Assembly: GCA_035256765.1 (NCBI GenBank)
Contig: DATEXR010000017.1
Span: 1 to 62,503, forward strand
Direction of reading: 5' to 3'
Length of the DNA: 62,503 bases
Source: Candidatus Deferrimicrobiaceae bacterium
GTDB lineage: Bacteria; Desulfobacterota; Deferrimicrobia; Deferrimicrobiales; Deferrimicrobiaceae
Shown here: piece after piece, positions 39,724 through 49,238 of the stretch
Position numbering within the stretch: position 1 is the first letter of the stretch
How the letters are laid out: each line of letters begins with the position of its first letter
The notes under the pieces: generated by a model
Database searches by the model: none
What the model was told of the DNA's origin: nothing
The model's input: only the letters and a program-made list of their open reading frames with translations
Position numbers and translations under genes: made by a program

Positions 39724-41156
39724 AAAAAGTCCTCATAGCCGACGACGACGAGAGCATCCGCTGGGTGCTGAAGAAGACGGTCGCGGGGATGGGATTCTCG
39801 CCCGACCTTGCCGAGGACGGGGAGAAAGCACTCTCCCTGCTGACGAAGAACCTCTACGTTGCGGCCTTCGTCGACATCCGGATGCCCGGCATGGAAGGAA
39901 TCGAGGTCCTCGAACGGGCCCAGGCGCGGAGATCCCCGACCCGGTTCTTCATCATGACCGCCGTCCGCCGCCCGGATGCCGCCGCCCGCTCCACCCGCGC
40001 GGGGGCCGCCGAATTCATCACCAAGCCGTTCGACATTGCCCATATCGAGAACCTCCTCCGGGAAGTCACGAAAGAGTCGGCCTCCCGCGAGCGGCCTTTC
40101 CGGACGGAAGACCCCGAGGAGTGGAAGTCGGCCCGGATCGTGGGGAAAAGCCGCGCCATCCTGGAGGTCTTCCTGGGCGTGGGGAAGGTGGCGGACTCCG
40201 ATGCTACCGTCCTGCTCCTGGGGGAGCGCGGGGTGGGGAAGGAGCTCGTCGCTCGCTGCATCCACGATCTGGGGACCCGGGGCGGTCCGTTCGTGGCGGT
40301 CAACGCGTCCGCCATCCCGCGGGACCTGCAGGAGGCGGAGCTGTTCGGCTTCGAGAAGGGGGCGTTCACCGGGGCGGAGGCGCCCCGGGAAGGGAAACTG
40401 GAGGCGTCCTCGGGGGGGACCCTGTTCCTCGACGAGGTCGGCGACATCCCGCCCGACCTCCAGGCGAAGCTCCTCCGCGTGCTGCAGGAAAAGGAGTTCT
40501 CGAGGCTGGGGTCGAACGAGAATCGGAAGTTCCAGGGACGCGTCATCGCGGCGACCAACCGTGACCTGCGGCGGATGGTCGCCGACGGAAAATTCCGGGA
40601 GGATCTCTTCGACCGGCTGAACGTCTTCCCGGTACGCGTCCCCCCCCTCTCGGAGAGGCGGGAGGACATCCCCCTTCTCGCGGATTTCTTCCTCCAGAAA
40701 TATTGCGCGATCCTCTCCCGCCCCCCCCGGTCGTTCTCGAAGGAGGCGCTGGAGGTGGTGGCGTCCCACAACTGGAAAGGAAACGTCCGGGAGCTGGAAA
40801 ACTTCGTGCAGAGACTGGCCGTCCTCTCCACGGGAAAACTCCTGCGGCGGGAGGAGGTGGCGCGGGAACTGGTCAAGGCGGACGGTGCGCCGGACCTCTC
40901 CACGGCGCCGCTGGAGCAGATCATCGAGGAACGGATCCGGGAGTTCACGGGACGCCTGGGGGATGCGATCGAGAGCGAGAGCAACCTCCACGACCTCTTC
41001 CTCCGGCAGATGGAGAAGCCGCTCATCAAGATCGTCATGGAGGCGACCGGCGGAAACCAGAGGAAGGCGGCGGAGATCCTGGGGATCAACCGGAACACCC
41101 TGCGGAAAAAACTGTCGTCCCTCTCGCTCCTTCCCAGGAAGAAGAAGTCCCGCTGA
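39720..41156 (+). CDS. sigma54-dependent response regulator (NtrC family)
   Basis: GTG 39720 overlaps the kinase stop. Receiver domain, AAA+ domain with GERGVGKE, ELFGFEKGAFTGA (GAFTGA) and a C-terminal Fis-type HTH. Confidence 0.93.
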   Translation: MKKVLIADDDESIRWVLKKTVAGMGFSPDLAEDGEKALSLLTKNLYVAAFVDIRMPGMEGIEVLERAQARRSPTRFFIMTAVRRPDAAARSTRAGAAEFITKPFDIAHIENLLREVTKESASRERPFRTEDPEEWKSARIVGKSRAILEVFLGVGKVADSDATVLLLGERGVGKELVARCIHDLGTRGGPFVAVNASAIPRDLQEAELFGFEKGAFTGAEAPREGKLEASSGGTLFLDEVGDIPPDLQAKLLRVLQEKEFSRLGSNENRKFQGRVIAATNRDLRRMVADGKFREDLFDRLNVFPVRVPPLSERREDIPLLADFFLQKYCAILSRPPRSFSKEALEVVASHNWKGNVRELENFVQRLAVLSTGKLLRREEVARELVKADGAPDLSTAPLEQIIEERIREFTGRLGDAIESESNLHDLFLRQMEKPLIKIVMEATGGNQRKAAEILGINRNTLRKKLSSLSLLPRKKKSR

Positions 41157-41157
41157 G

Positions 41158-43809
41158 CTACTCGTAGTCCCGCGCCAGGTCCTCGAACCGCGTGTAGCGG
41201 GAGAGGAACGCGAGATCGACTACGCCCATCGGGCCGTTCCGCTGCTTCCCGATGATGATCTCGGCCTTCCCCTTTTTCTCCTCGGGAGTGTTCGCCTTGG
41301 CGTACATCTCCTCCCTGTATATGAACAGAATCAAATCTGAATCCTGCTCAATCGCCCCCGAATTGTGGGAAACGAGGCCGTCCGCCAGCCAGGAGGAAGG
41401 CCCCGGAACGGTCAGGTCGAAGACCTCCTCGGCCCCGTCGGTACGAAGATCCGTCACCCGGTCCCAGAACAAGTCGCTTGCGGCGCATCGCCGCAGCGGT
41501 TCATCGTCCAGAAGGATCGCATAGTCCATCAGCAAGGTCCGCGACGGGGAGAAATCGAGCTGCGCGCTTCCCCCGTACGCGGTTCCCCGGAGCGATGCCA
41601 TGTCCCGACGAGAGATTCCCCGCACCGCCATGGCCTCCTTCACCCGGAGAAACATTTCTTTCGGCAACGTGTCGACATTGGGATTGGATTCCACGAAGGC
41701 CAGTTCCTCCCACAGCCTGTCCGCGGGAGCGACGCGCGGCCCGAACGCCCCCACCGTCTCGAGAAAACGCTTCTGCTGATCGGCGTCGGACACATCCACG
41801 GTGTACACAGGTCGGTACTTCCCCTTCCGCACGACCCGGATCCTCGCCACGATCCCGAGCCGCAACAGCAGAGCCGCCACGTCGAAGGCAAGTCCCTCGC
41901 TCGAGGTGCTGAAGTAGACCCGCGACGACCCCTTGGACCCTCCCCGGCGACAGAAGATGCTCCCGTCCGTCGCCCAGAGATGTCTCAACAACAATCCGAC
42001 CTGCTCGTCGTCGAACCGGAAGACCTCCACGGGCAACCGCTTCTCGTGCGATCGCTGTCCGAAGATCCCCAGATCCCGCAGCCAGCGGTTCACCCCGGCC
42101 GGGCGCCACCGGTTGCCGTTCCCACCGATAAAGAGCTGGTGCCATTTCCCCCGTCCGCGAATCCGAGCTACCTTCGATCCGAACTCTCTTCGGGCCGCCC
42201 CTTCGACCGCACAGCTGTTCGGTTCCGATGCCGTCGTGTACCGAAGAGATTGCCCGATAAGATAACTTCCGTCCCCGGCGAGATGGGCCAACAGGATGAT
42301 CCGGTCTTCCGCCCACCGGACCGGTTCTTTCGATTCCGGTACACGGCGAGCCACTGCAATCCGGTCGCCCGGCTTGAGATCGGATACTCGCACCCATCCG
42401 TTGGCGCCGTACAGACGGTGATCGGCGGTGGCGCGGATCATGCGGCCGCTGGCCATGGTGACACGCACCACGGGCCTCGTTCCCACCGACCAAATACATT
42501 CACTCTTCGCCGGGACGATCCTGCCTTCCGGCGACATCGACCACACCTCGGCCTCTTTGCCGACCAAATCCCGGATGGAAGGGCGGAGTCCGTCGGTCGT
42601 CAGAACCAGGGTGTCGCCCGTCACGCATTCCCTCAGATCCGCCATCTGGGGCCGCTTGTCGGTCCGGCTCTCCACTCCCCGGTTGAGCTGGGAGATGGCG
42701 AGAACCGGGACGTTGATCTCCTTCGCCAGGGCCTTGAGCGACCGTGAGATCTCCGAGATCTCCTGGACGCGGTTGTCCTGACCCGAACGGGATGTCGCCC
42801 CTCGCATGAGCTGGAGGTAGTCGACGACGACCATCCCGATTCCCTTGTCCTTTTTCAGCCGACGCGCCTTCGCGCGAAGCTCGAGGGCGGTGAGGGTCCC
42901 GGAGTCGTCGCAGTAGATCGGCGCCTCGGAGAGCTTCCCCACGGACGCGACGATGCGGTTGATCTCGTCCTGGGCCAGGTACCCGGTCCGCAGCCGCTGG
43001 AAATCGACGCGGGCATCGGAACAGATCATGCGGAGCGCGAGCTGCTGGCGGCTCATCTCCAGGGAGAAGATCGCGACCGGCAGCCCGTGGCGCAGGGCGG
43101 CGTGGAGGGCCACGTTCAGGGAGAAGGCCGTCTTTCCCATGCCGGGACGGGCCGCGATGACCACCATGTCGGCCTTCTGGAACCCCGCGGTCAGCCGGTC
43201 GAGATCGCGGAATCCGGAGGGGACCCCGGTGATCATCTCCTTCTTCTCGTAGAGCTTCTCGATCTCCCGCATCGCCTCCTTGCCCATCTCCGCCATCGAG
43301 TAGTAGGAGGGCTTGATCTTTTCCTCGGCGATCGCGAAGATCGCCTGCTCGGTCTTGTCGAGGAAGTCGTCGACCTCCCCGACCCCCTGGAACGCGGAGT
43401 TCGTGATCTGCTGGGCGACGGCGATCATGCTCCGCAGGATCGATTTCTCCTTCACCAGGCGCGCGTAGTCGGCGACGTTCGCGGTGGTGGGAATGTTGTG
43501 GATGAGCTCGGAGAGGTAGGAAAGGCCGCCCACCTCGTTCGCCACGCCCCGGGCGTTGAGGGACTCGGCGAGCGTCAGCTGGTCGATCGCCCGGCCCCGT
43601 TCGTAGAGGTCCACCATGGTGGAGAAGAGCGTCCGGTGGGCGCCCTGGTAGAAGTCGTCCGCGCGGAGAATCTCCACCACGTCGTTCATCAGGTCGTTGT
43701 TGAGCAGGACCGAGGCGAGCACGGCCTGCTCGGCCTCGAGACTGTGGGGAGGGATCTTCAGAAGAGAAGTTTCCGACGCACCCTGCGACGTCAGCCGCGA
43801 ACCGCTCAT
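41158..43809 (-). CDS. dnaB: replicative DNA helicase DnaB, interrupted by an intein
   Basis: 883 aa. PHSLEAEQAVLASVL, Walker A ARPGMGKTAF, and the DLRE / SGAIEQDSD helicase motif split by 422 aa. Confidence 0.95.
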   Translation of the reverse strand: MSGSRLTSQGASETSLLKIPPHSLEAEQAVLASVLLNNDLMNDVVEILRADDFYQGAHRTLFSTMVDLYERGRAIDQLTLAESLNARGVANEVGGLSYLSELIHNIPTTANVADYARLVKEKSILRSMIAVAQQITNSAFQGVGEVDDFLDKTEQAIFAIAEEKIKPSYYSMAEMGKEAMREIEKLYEKKEMITGVPSGFRDLDRLTAGFQKADMVVIAARPGMGKTAFSLNVALHAALRHGLPVAIFSLEMSRQQLALRMICSDARVDFQRLRTGYLAQDEINRIVASVGKLSEAPIYCDDSGTLTALELRAKARRLKKDKGIGMVVVDYLQLMRGATSRSGQDNRVQEISEISRSLKALAKEINVPVLAISQLNRGVESRTDKRPQMADLRECVTGDTLVLTTDGLRPSIRDLVGKEAEVWSMSPEGRIVPAKSECIWSVGTRPVVRVTMASGRMIRATADHRLYGANGWVRVSDLKPGDRIAVARRVPESKEPVRWAEDRIILLAHLAGDGSYLIGQSLRYTTASEPNSCAVEGAARREFGSKVARIRGRGKWHQLFIGGNGNRWRPAGVNRWLRDLGIFGQRSHEKRLPVEVFRFDDEQVGLLLRHLWATDGSIFCRRGGSKGSSRVYFSTSSEGLAFDVAALLLRLGIVARIRVVRKGKYRPVYTVDVSDADQQKRFLETVGAFGPRVAPADRLWEELAFVESNPNVDTLPKEMFLRVKEAMAVRGISRRDMASLRGTAYGGSAQLDFSPSRTLLMDYAILLDDEPLRRCAASDLFWDRVTDLRTDGAEEVFDLTVPGPSSWLADGLVSHNSGAIEQDSDLILFIYREEMYAKANTPEEKKGKAEIIIGKQRNGPMGVVDLAFLSRYTRFEDLARDYE
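41362..42627 (-). mobile_element. DnaB intein with LAGLIDADG homing-endonuclease domain (residues 395-816)
   Basis: Begins with Cys (TGC, complement of 42625-42627; CVTGDTLVLTTDG). Ends ...LVSHN (AAT, complement of 41362-41364) followed by Ser+1. Endonuclease blocks are LLAHLAGDGSY and LLRHLWATDGSI. Removing it restores DLRE-SGAIEQDSD. Confidence 0.9.
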
Positions 43810-43838
43810 CGTGCCCCCCCTTCCCCGGCGGGTGGCCG

Positions 43839-44282
43839 CTATTCCGCCACCACGCTGACCGAGACCTCGGGAACGATATTCGTTCCCGCCTTGACCTTCA
43901 CCTTGTACTCCCCGATCTGCTTGATCGGCTCGGCAAGCAGCACCATCTTCCGGTCGACGGGGACCCCGGCGCTTTCGAGCGCCTGGGCGATGTCGCGCGA
44001 CGTGACCGCCCCGAAGAGCCTTCCCTCCTCCCCCGCTTTCGCGGGGATCGTAAGGAACAGGGAGGACAGCTTCGTGCCCAGTTCCTCCGCCGTCTTGCGG
44101 GACTTCTTCGCGCGGGCCTCGATGACCCGGCGGTCGTGCTCGAGCGCCCGGAGGTTCCGAACGTCGGCCTGGACGGCCAGCCGCTTCGGAATGAGATAGT
44201 TGCGGCCGTACCCGTCGGCGACCTTCACGATGTCGCCGGCCTTCCCGAGCTTTTCGACATCCTCGCGCAGGATCACTTTCAT
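43839..44282 (-). CDS. rplI: 50S ribosomal protein L9
   Basis: MKVILREDVEKLGKAGDIVKVADGYGRNYLIP. Confidence 0.95.
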   Translation of the reverse strand: MKVILREDVEKLGKAGDIVKVADGYGRNYLIPKRLAVQADVRNLRALEHDRRVIEARAKKSRKTAEELGTKLSSLFLTIPAKAGEEGRLFGAVTSRDIAQALESAGVPVDRKMVLLAEPIKQIGEYKVKVKAGTNIVPEVSVSVVAE

Positions 44283-44292
44283 CGGGATCCCC

Positions 44293-44586
44293 CTACCTGA
44301 CCTGCGTTGCCGTGAACGGAACCAACGCCACGATGCGGGCCTTCTTGATCTCCACCGTCAGCTTGCGCTGGTGGGTCGCGCAGGTCCCCGAAATCCTGCG
44401 GGGGACGATCTTGCCCCGCTCGGAGATGAAGTGCTTGAGCAGATACACGTTCTTGTAGTCGATCCGGAGGTCCTTCTCCGCGCAGAACCGGCAGAACTTC
44501 TTCCTCACGTATCGCCTTCTCGGGCCGCCTCCGGGCCCGCCACCGGGCCTTCCCGGGCCGTACCTCGGTTTCGTCGGGACACTCAT
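44293..44586 (-). CDS. rpsR: 30S ribosomal protein S18
   Basis: KFCRFCAEK...[33 protein letters not shown]. Confidence 0.95.
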   Translation of the reverse strand: MSVPTKPRYGPGRPGGGPGGGPRRRYVRKKFCRFCAEKDLRIDYKNVYLLKHFISERGKIVPRRISGTCATHQRKLTVEIKKARIVALVPFTATQVR

Positions 44587-44619
44587 CGCTTTTCTTCCGC
44601 CTCCTGGAATGATTTCTCG

Positions 44620-45018
44620 TTAGAACGGAATGTCGTCTTCCTGGGCGTCCGGCGCCGCGCCGCCCGAATCGCTTTCGCCCCCGCCGCTCTTCGGACCTCC
44701 CCCGAGGAACTGGATGCCGCTCGCCACCACCTCGATCTTGCTCTTCCTCGTCCCCTCGGACTCCCAGCGGCGCTGGCGCAGGCGCCCCTCCACGAGCACC
44801 GGCCGGCCCTTGGAAAGGTACTCGGCGCAGGTTTCTCCCAGTTTCCCGAAGGCGACGATATCGAAATAGGACACCTCTTCCTTGAGCTCGTTGTTCTGCC
44901 GGTACCGCGAGTTGACCGCGACGGCGAAGCTGGTCACCGACAGGCCGGAGGGAAGATACCGGATCTCCGGATCACGGACCAGGTTCCCCGCGAGGATCAC
45001 ACGGTTAAAGGTGACCAT
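44620..45018 (-). CDS. ssb: single-stranded DNA-binding protein
   Basis: OB fold NRVILAGNLVRDPEIRY and acidic tail ...EDDIPF. Confidence 0.95.
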   Translation of the reverse strand: MVTFNRVILAGNLVRDPEIRYLPSGLSVTSFAVAVNSRYRQNNELKEEVSYFDIVAFGKLGETCAEYLSKGRPVLVEGRLRQRRWESEGTRKSKIEVVASGIQFLGGGPKSGGGESDSGGAAPDAQEDDIPF

Positions 45019-45033
45019 CGGTCCTCCTTCCCG

Positions 45034-45432
45034 CTAGGCGTTGGGCGCCCCGTCCCCGGGGGGGGAGGTCACGGAAGCCGCCCCAGCGTCCTCCGGGCCG
45101 GAAGGGCTTGCCTCCGCATCCGGAGTCGCCGCGGCCGGCTTGACCTCGTACTCCACGCGCGACGTCATATGGCGCATGACTCCGTCGAAAATCTTGATGT
45201 TCCGCTCCACCTCCTCCACCACGCCGCGCTTGCCGGAATAGAGGAGAAAGGTGTAATACGCGTTGTGCTTCTTCTGGATCAGGTAGGCGAGCTTCCGGAT
45301 CCCCCAGTCGTCCTGCTTGAAAATTTCCCCCCCGAACGAGGCGATGATCCCCTCGAGCTTGGAGAGAAACTCTTTGCGCCGGTCCTCGGGGAGTTCCGGA
45401 TCGAACAGGATGGCCGTTTCGTACTTCGTCAT
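45034..45432 (-). CDS. rpsF: 30S ribosomal protein S6
   Basis: Start at MTKYETAILFDPEL (ATG 45430-45432). In the rpsF-ssb-rpsR-rplI order. Confidence 0.93.
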   Translation of the reverse strand: MTKYETAILFDPELPEDRRKEFLSKLEGIIASFGGEIFKQDDWGIRKLAYLIQKKHNAYYTFLLYSGKRGVVEEVERNIKIFDGVMRHMTSRVEYEVKPAAATPDAEASPSGPEDAGAASVTSPPGDGAPNA

Positions 45433-45515
45433 CTTCCCTAAGCCTCCTTTCGGCTGATCAAGCCCCCGGTCGGATCCCGCCGGGAGCAAGGAGTATGTTC
45501 CCTTTCCTGCACGCT

Positions 45516-46142
45516 TCAGGGAAGGGGCTGCTCGCGCCGCGCGTTCCAGCGTGTCATCGCCTTGTCGAACCCTTCGCGAAGGATGTCGACGACCGCCTCC
45601 GCGGCGGAGGAGACTCCGCCTTCAAACCGGTCCCGCACCTCGTCCGGAACCTTGCGGAGAACGAAATCGGCCGGGTCGACCCCCGCCGGGGGACGGCCGA
45701 TCCCGATCCGGACCCGCAGGAAGTCCCGGGTGCCGAGTTCCACCGCAAGCGACCGGAGGCCGTTGTGCCCGCCCGTTCCGCCGCCCCGCTTCAGCCTCAC
45801 GACGCCAAGGTCCAGATCGAGGTCGTCGTGGAGAACGACGAGATCTTCGGGGGAACCCGCGAACCTCCCGTAGACGGGCGCCACGGCCAGGCCGCTTTCG
45901 TTCATGTACGTCCTCGGCCTGCCGAGGAGGACCATCACCCCGCTTACCGGCCCCCAACCGTATTCGGCCTCCCCGGATGGCCGGAGCCGGATGCCGTTTC
46001 CCTCCGCCAGGAGGCTCACCGCCGCCCCCCCGGCGTTGTGGAACGTTCCCGCATACCGCCGCCCGGGGTTCCCGAGCCCGAACACGAGACGGGAAAGGGC
46101 GGGGACGCCGCTACTTTTCCTTTTCCGCGGGTTCCGCCACAC
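45516..46142 (-). CDS. pth: peptidyl-tRNA hydrolase
   Basis: VFGLGNPGRRYAGTFHNAG and HNGLRS. The start is uncertain: GTG 46142 (GGAAGG upstream) lies inside the rplY 3' end, and the alternative GTG at 46085 has no RBS. Confidence 0.85.
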   Translation of the reverse strand: MWRNPRKRKSSGVPALSRLVFGLGNPGRRYAGTFHNAGGAAVSLLAEGNGIRLRPSGEAEYGWGPVSGVMVLLGRPRTYMNESGLAVAPVYGRFAGSPEDLVVLHDDLDLDLGVVRLKRGGGTGGHNGLRSLAVELGTRDFLRVRIGIGRPPAGVDPADFVLRKVPDEVRDRFEGGVSSAAEAVVDILREGFDKAMTRWNARREQPLP

Positions 46143-46773
46143 TGGCGCCTTCCGCCGCCGCCGCCGCCTCTTCTTCCACGGGCGCCACGCTCACGACCTC
46201 CTCGATTCTCGGGGCGTGCACGGCGACGATGGTGGTCGTCATGTCCTTCTCCTCCGGCTCGACCCCCTCGGGGAACTTCACGTCCGACAAGTGAAGGGAG
46301 TCCCCGATTCCGAGCGGCGTAACGTCCACTTCCAGAAATTCCGGCACGTTCGCCGGAAGGCACTCGACCTCGAGGGTGCGGGTCACCTGCTCAAGGATGC
46401 CCCCCTGCTCGATCCCGGCCGCCTTCCCCCGGATCCGGATGGGCACCTCGATGCGGAACTTCTTCCCGAAGGCGACCTCGTAGAAATCGACGTGGATCAC
46501 CCGGTCGGTCCGGGGGTTCGTCTGGACATCCTTGAGAACCGCGTACGATTCCTTCCCCTCGGCCTCGTCCTGCACGTTCATCCGGACGATGACGGTCCCG
46601 CGTCGGGCGACGGCAAGGAACTTCTCCAGATCCCGGCGATCGAACTCGATCGAGCGGGTCGCAAGGCCTTTTCCGTACATGACCCCCGGCACCTTCCCCC
46701 GGGAAAGCATTTTCCGGGCCCCTTCCTTCCCGGACCCGTGGCGGCGGACCGCCGTCAACTCCATCATGGCCAT
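46111..46773 (-). CDS. rplY: 50S ribosomal protein L25/general stress protein Ctc
   Basis: 220 aa with RGKVPGVMYGKG... and an acidic/Ala-rich C-terminal tail. Confidence 0.9.
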   Translation of the reverse strand: MAMMELTAVRRHGSGKEGARKMLSRGKVPGVMYGKGLATRSIEFDRRDLEKFLAVARRGTVIVRMNVQDEAEGKESYAVLKDVQTNPRTDRVIHVDFYEVAFGKKFRIEVPIRIRGKAAGIEQGGILEQVTRTLEVECLPANVPEFLEVDVTPLGIGDSLHLSDVKFPEGVEPEEKDMTTTIVAVHAPRIEEVVSVAPVEEEAAAAAEGASVAEPAEKEK

Positions 46774-46788
46774 TTCGTTTTCCTCCCG

Positions 46789-47724
46789 CTATACGAAGAG
46801 CGAACTTACGGAATCGTTGAAATGGATCCGCTTGATGGCTTCCCCGAGAAGGTTCGCCACCGAGAGGACACGGATCTTCCTGCACGCGGCTTTCTCCCCC
46901 AGGGGGATCGTGTTCGTGACCACGAGCTGTTCGACCTCGGACTTCTCCAGCCGCTCGATCGACGGGCCCGAGAGGACGGGGTGGGTGGCGCATGCGAACA
47001 CGCGCTTCGCCCCGTTCCGGCGAACCGCGGCCGCCCCCTGGACCATCGTCCCCGCCGTGTCCACCATGTCGTCGAGGAGGACCGCGGTTTTCCCCGCGAC
47101 GTCCCCGATGATGTTCATCACCTGGGATTCATTGGCCCCCCCCCGGCGCTTGTCGATGATCGCCAGCGTGGCCTTCAGGCGCTTGGCGAAGGCCCGGGCG
47201 CGCTCCACCCCCCCCGCGTCGGGGGAAACGAACACGATTTCGTTGTCCCAGTTGGCCTTGATGTACTCGAGCATCACGGGCGCCGCATACATGTGGTCGA
47301 CGGGGATGTTGAAAAACCCCTGGATCTGCCCGGCGTGCAGATCCATCGTGAGGACCCGCGAGACGCCCGCCGCCGTCAGAAGATCCGCCACGAGCTTGGC
47401 GGTGATCGGGGCGCGGGGGAGCACCTTCCGGTCCTGCCGGGCGTACCCGTAATAGGGGATGACCGCCGTGACCCTCTTGGCCGAGGAACGCTTCAGGGCG
47501 TCCATGAGGATCAGGAGTTCGACCAGGTGGTCGTTCACCGGAGGGCAGGTCGACTGCACGATGAAGACGTCCGCCCCCCGGACGTTCTCCCCGATGTCGA
47601 CGTTGATCTCCCCGTCGCTGAACCGCTTCACCTCCGCGGCCCCCATGGGAACGGAGAGAAAGGCGCAGATCTCCCTGGCGAGATCGATATTCGCGTTGCC
47701 CGAAAACAGCTTGAGCCTGGTCAC
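46789..47724 (-). CDS. prs: ribose-phosphate pyrophosphokinase
   Basis: GTG 47722-47724. [26 protein letters not shown] and [11 protein letters not shown]. Confidence 0.93.
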   Translation of the reverse strand: MTRLKLFSGNANIDLAREICAFLSVPMGAAEVKRFSDGEINVDIGENVRGADVFIVQSTCPPVNDHLVELLILMDALKRSSAKRVTAVIPYYGYARQDRKVLPRAPITAKLVADLLTAAGVSRVLTMDLHAGQIQGFFNIPVDHMYAAPVMLEYIKANWDNEIVFVSPDAGGVERARAFAKRLKATLAIIDKRRGGANESQVMNIIGDVAGKTAVLLDDMVDTAGTMVQGAAAVRRNGAKRVFACATHPVLSGPSIERLEKSEVEQLVVTNTIPLGEKAACRKIRVLSVANLLGEAIKRIHFNDSVSSLFV

Positions 47725-47814
47725 ACCACGTCCTCTGCTCGGAAAACCATCCGATGAGTAGAGAAAAAAGGTATTATACCGATTGTCCGTCCCTTGGCAA
47801 GGGGAAAACGGAAA

Positions 47815-47888
47815 TGGCTGGGAGGGAAGGGGTCGAACCTTCATTAGAGGCTCCAAAGGCCCCTGTCCTGCCGTTAGACGACCTCCCA
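47815..47888 (-). tRNA. tRNA-Gln (anticodon UUG), CCA encoded
   Basis: Hand fold of the minus strand: TGGGAGG / TC / GTC-TAACGGCA-GAC / A / GGGGC-CTTTGGA-GCCTC / TAAT / GAAGG-TTCGACC-CCTTC / CCTCCCA-G-CCA. 74 nt, with the T-loop TTCGA. Confidence 0.88.
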
Positions 47889-47991
47889 GCGCAACCGTGC
47901 GATCCCGTTCCCCCGGCCCGGATCCCCGCTCGGGAACCCGCGCCGGGAAGGCCGTCCGCCTGCGGAGGGAAAACCGCAGATTCTCCCAATG

Positions 47992-48276
47992 TTATCGGGC
48001 CACGGCGAGCCCGTCAAGCTTTCGGATCTCTCGCTCGTATTCCCCCAGCACCGCCTCCTCGATCATCTGGCGCGTCTCGTTGTTCAGCGGGTGCGCCGTG
48101 TCGCGGTACGTGCCGTCCTTTTTCTTCTTGCTGGGCATCGCGACGAACAGCCCGCTGTTGCCGTGGATGATCTTCAGGTCCCGGACGACAAAGCAGGCGT
48201 CGAAGACGATCGTCGCATACCCCTTCAGTTTCTCGTCGTCGGTCACGGGATAGACCTTCACCTCGGTGAGTTGCAT
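47992..48276 (-). CDS. spoVG: SpoVG-family protein
   Basis: MQLTEVKVYPVTDDEKLKGYATIVFDACFVVRDLKIIHGNSGLFVAMPS. The real part of ORF 47992..49170. Confidence 0.93.
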   Translation of the reverse strand: MQLTEVKVYPVTDDEKLKGYATIVFDACFVVRDLKIIHGNSGLFVAMPSKKKKDGTYRDTAHPLNNETRQMIEEAVLGEYEREIRKLDGLAVAR

Positions 48277-48302
48277 CTCCCCCCTCCTATCTTGGCTTGT
48301 CG

Positions 48303-49154
48303 TCAAATGTTGCGGGCGACGAACAGCCTCCGCCCGGTCCCGTTCCCCAGCCTCCTTTTCGCACGGTGCGCATCCCCTTCGTCCCGAAACAGGCCGAACA
48401 GCGCGGAGCCGCTCCCGGAGAGGCCGGCGGCCTCCGCCCCCGCCGCCAGCAATTCCCCCTTGGTTCTCCGCAGGTCCGGCCGCGCCTCCTCCCAAACGCT
48501 CTCGAAATCGTTTCCCACGGCCGACACCAGATCCTCCCATTCCCGGAAGGAAGGGGGTTCCTCTTGCACCGGGGGAGGCGCCGCCTCCCGCCCCAGCCTT
48601 TCGTACCCTTCCCGCGTCGACAGCCCGAGCGGGGGCTTGACGATCAGCGCGAAGAAGGGGACCTTCCATTCGACCGGCGTCAGCACCTCCCCGAACCCCT
48701 CCACGAGGGCGGGCCGGCCCAGGGTGAAGAACGGGACGTCGGCCCCAACGTCGGCCGCGAGGGAGAGAATCACCCCGGAGGGAGGCGACTTCCCGGTCAG
48801 GGCGATCATCCCTTTGAGCGTGGCGGCCGCGTCGGAACTTCCGCCGCCCAGACCCGCCTCCGTGGGGATGACCTTGCGGATCCGGACCCGGACCCCTCCC
48901 GGGCCTCCCGCCCATTCCCGGTAGAGGGCCGCCGCCCGGTAGCAGCTGTTCCCCGCGCCTCCCGGCACGGAAGGGTCGTCCGCCTCCACGGAGATCCCCG
49001 CGGAGGTCTCCTCCACGGTGACTTCGTCGTAGAGGGATACCGGAACCATGACCGACCGTATGTGATGGAACCCGTCGGGACGTTTCCCGAAAACCCGGAG
49101 GGATATGTTCAGTTTGGCCGGGGCGAGGAAAGAAACTGCCGGGGATGCGTTCAC
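48303..49154 (-). CDS. ispE: 4-diphosphocytidyl-2-C-methyl-D-erythritol kinase
   Basis: 283 aa with APAKLNISLRV, GHMP motif PTEAGLGGGSSDAA and SGSGSALF. Confidence 0.9.
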   Translation of the reverse strand: MNASPAVSFLAPAKLNISLRVFGKRPDGFHHIRSVMVPVSLYDEVTVEETSAGISVEADDPSVPGGAGNSCYRAAALYREWAGGPGGVRVRIRKVIPTEAGLGGGSSDAAATLKGMIALTGKSPPSGVILSLAADVGADVPFFTLGRPALVEGFGEVLTPVEWKVPFFALIVKPPLGLSTREGYERLGREAAPPPVQEEPPSFREWEDLVSAVGNDFESVWEEARPDLRRTKGELLAAGAEAAGLSGSGSALFGLFRDEGDAHRAKRRLGNGTGRRLFVARNI

Positions 49155-49238
49155 ACTGTGCCCATTTCAAACGCTGTTTTTATTTAATACTTACCCCTCC
49201 CGCCCCCTTTTGTCAAGGCACCCGCGAACCGGCCGCCG

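Noticed and set aside
41300-41345. A local AT-rich dip at the dnaB 3' region next to the intein boundary, considered as a separate insertion scar.
   Set aside because: It lies in the C-extein coding sequence (LILFIYREEMY), which is conserved DnaB sequence. The intein's own boundary explains the composition change.
49188-49216. TTGACA-N17-TAAGTA on the minus strand upstream of ispE, considered as a sigma70 promoter.
   Set aside because: The -35 is perfect but the -10 matches only 2 of 6 positions. The better -10 (TATTAA) is 21 nt away. The evidence is insufficient for a feature call.
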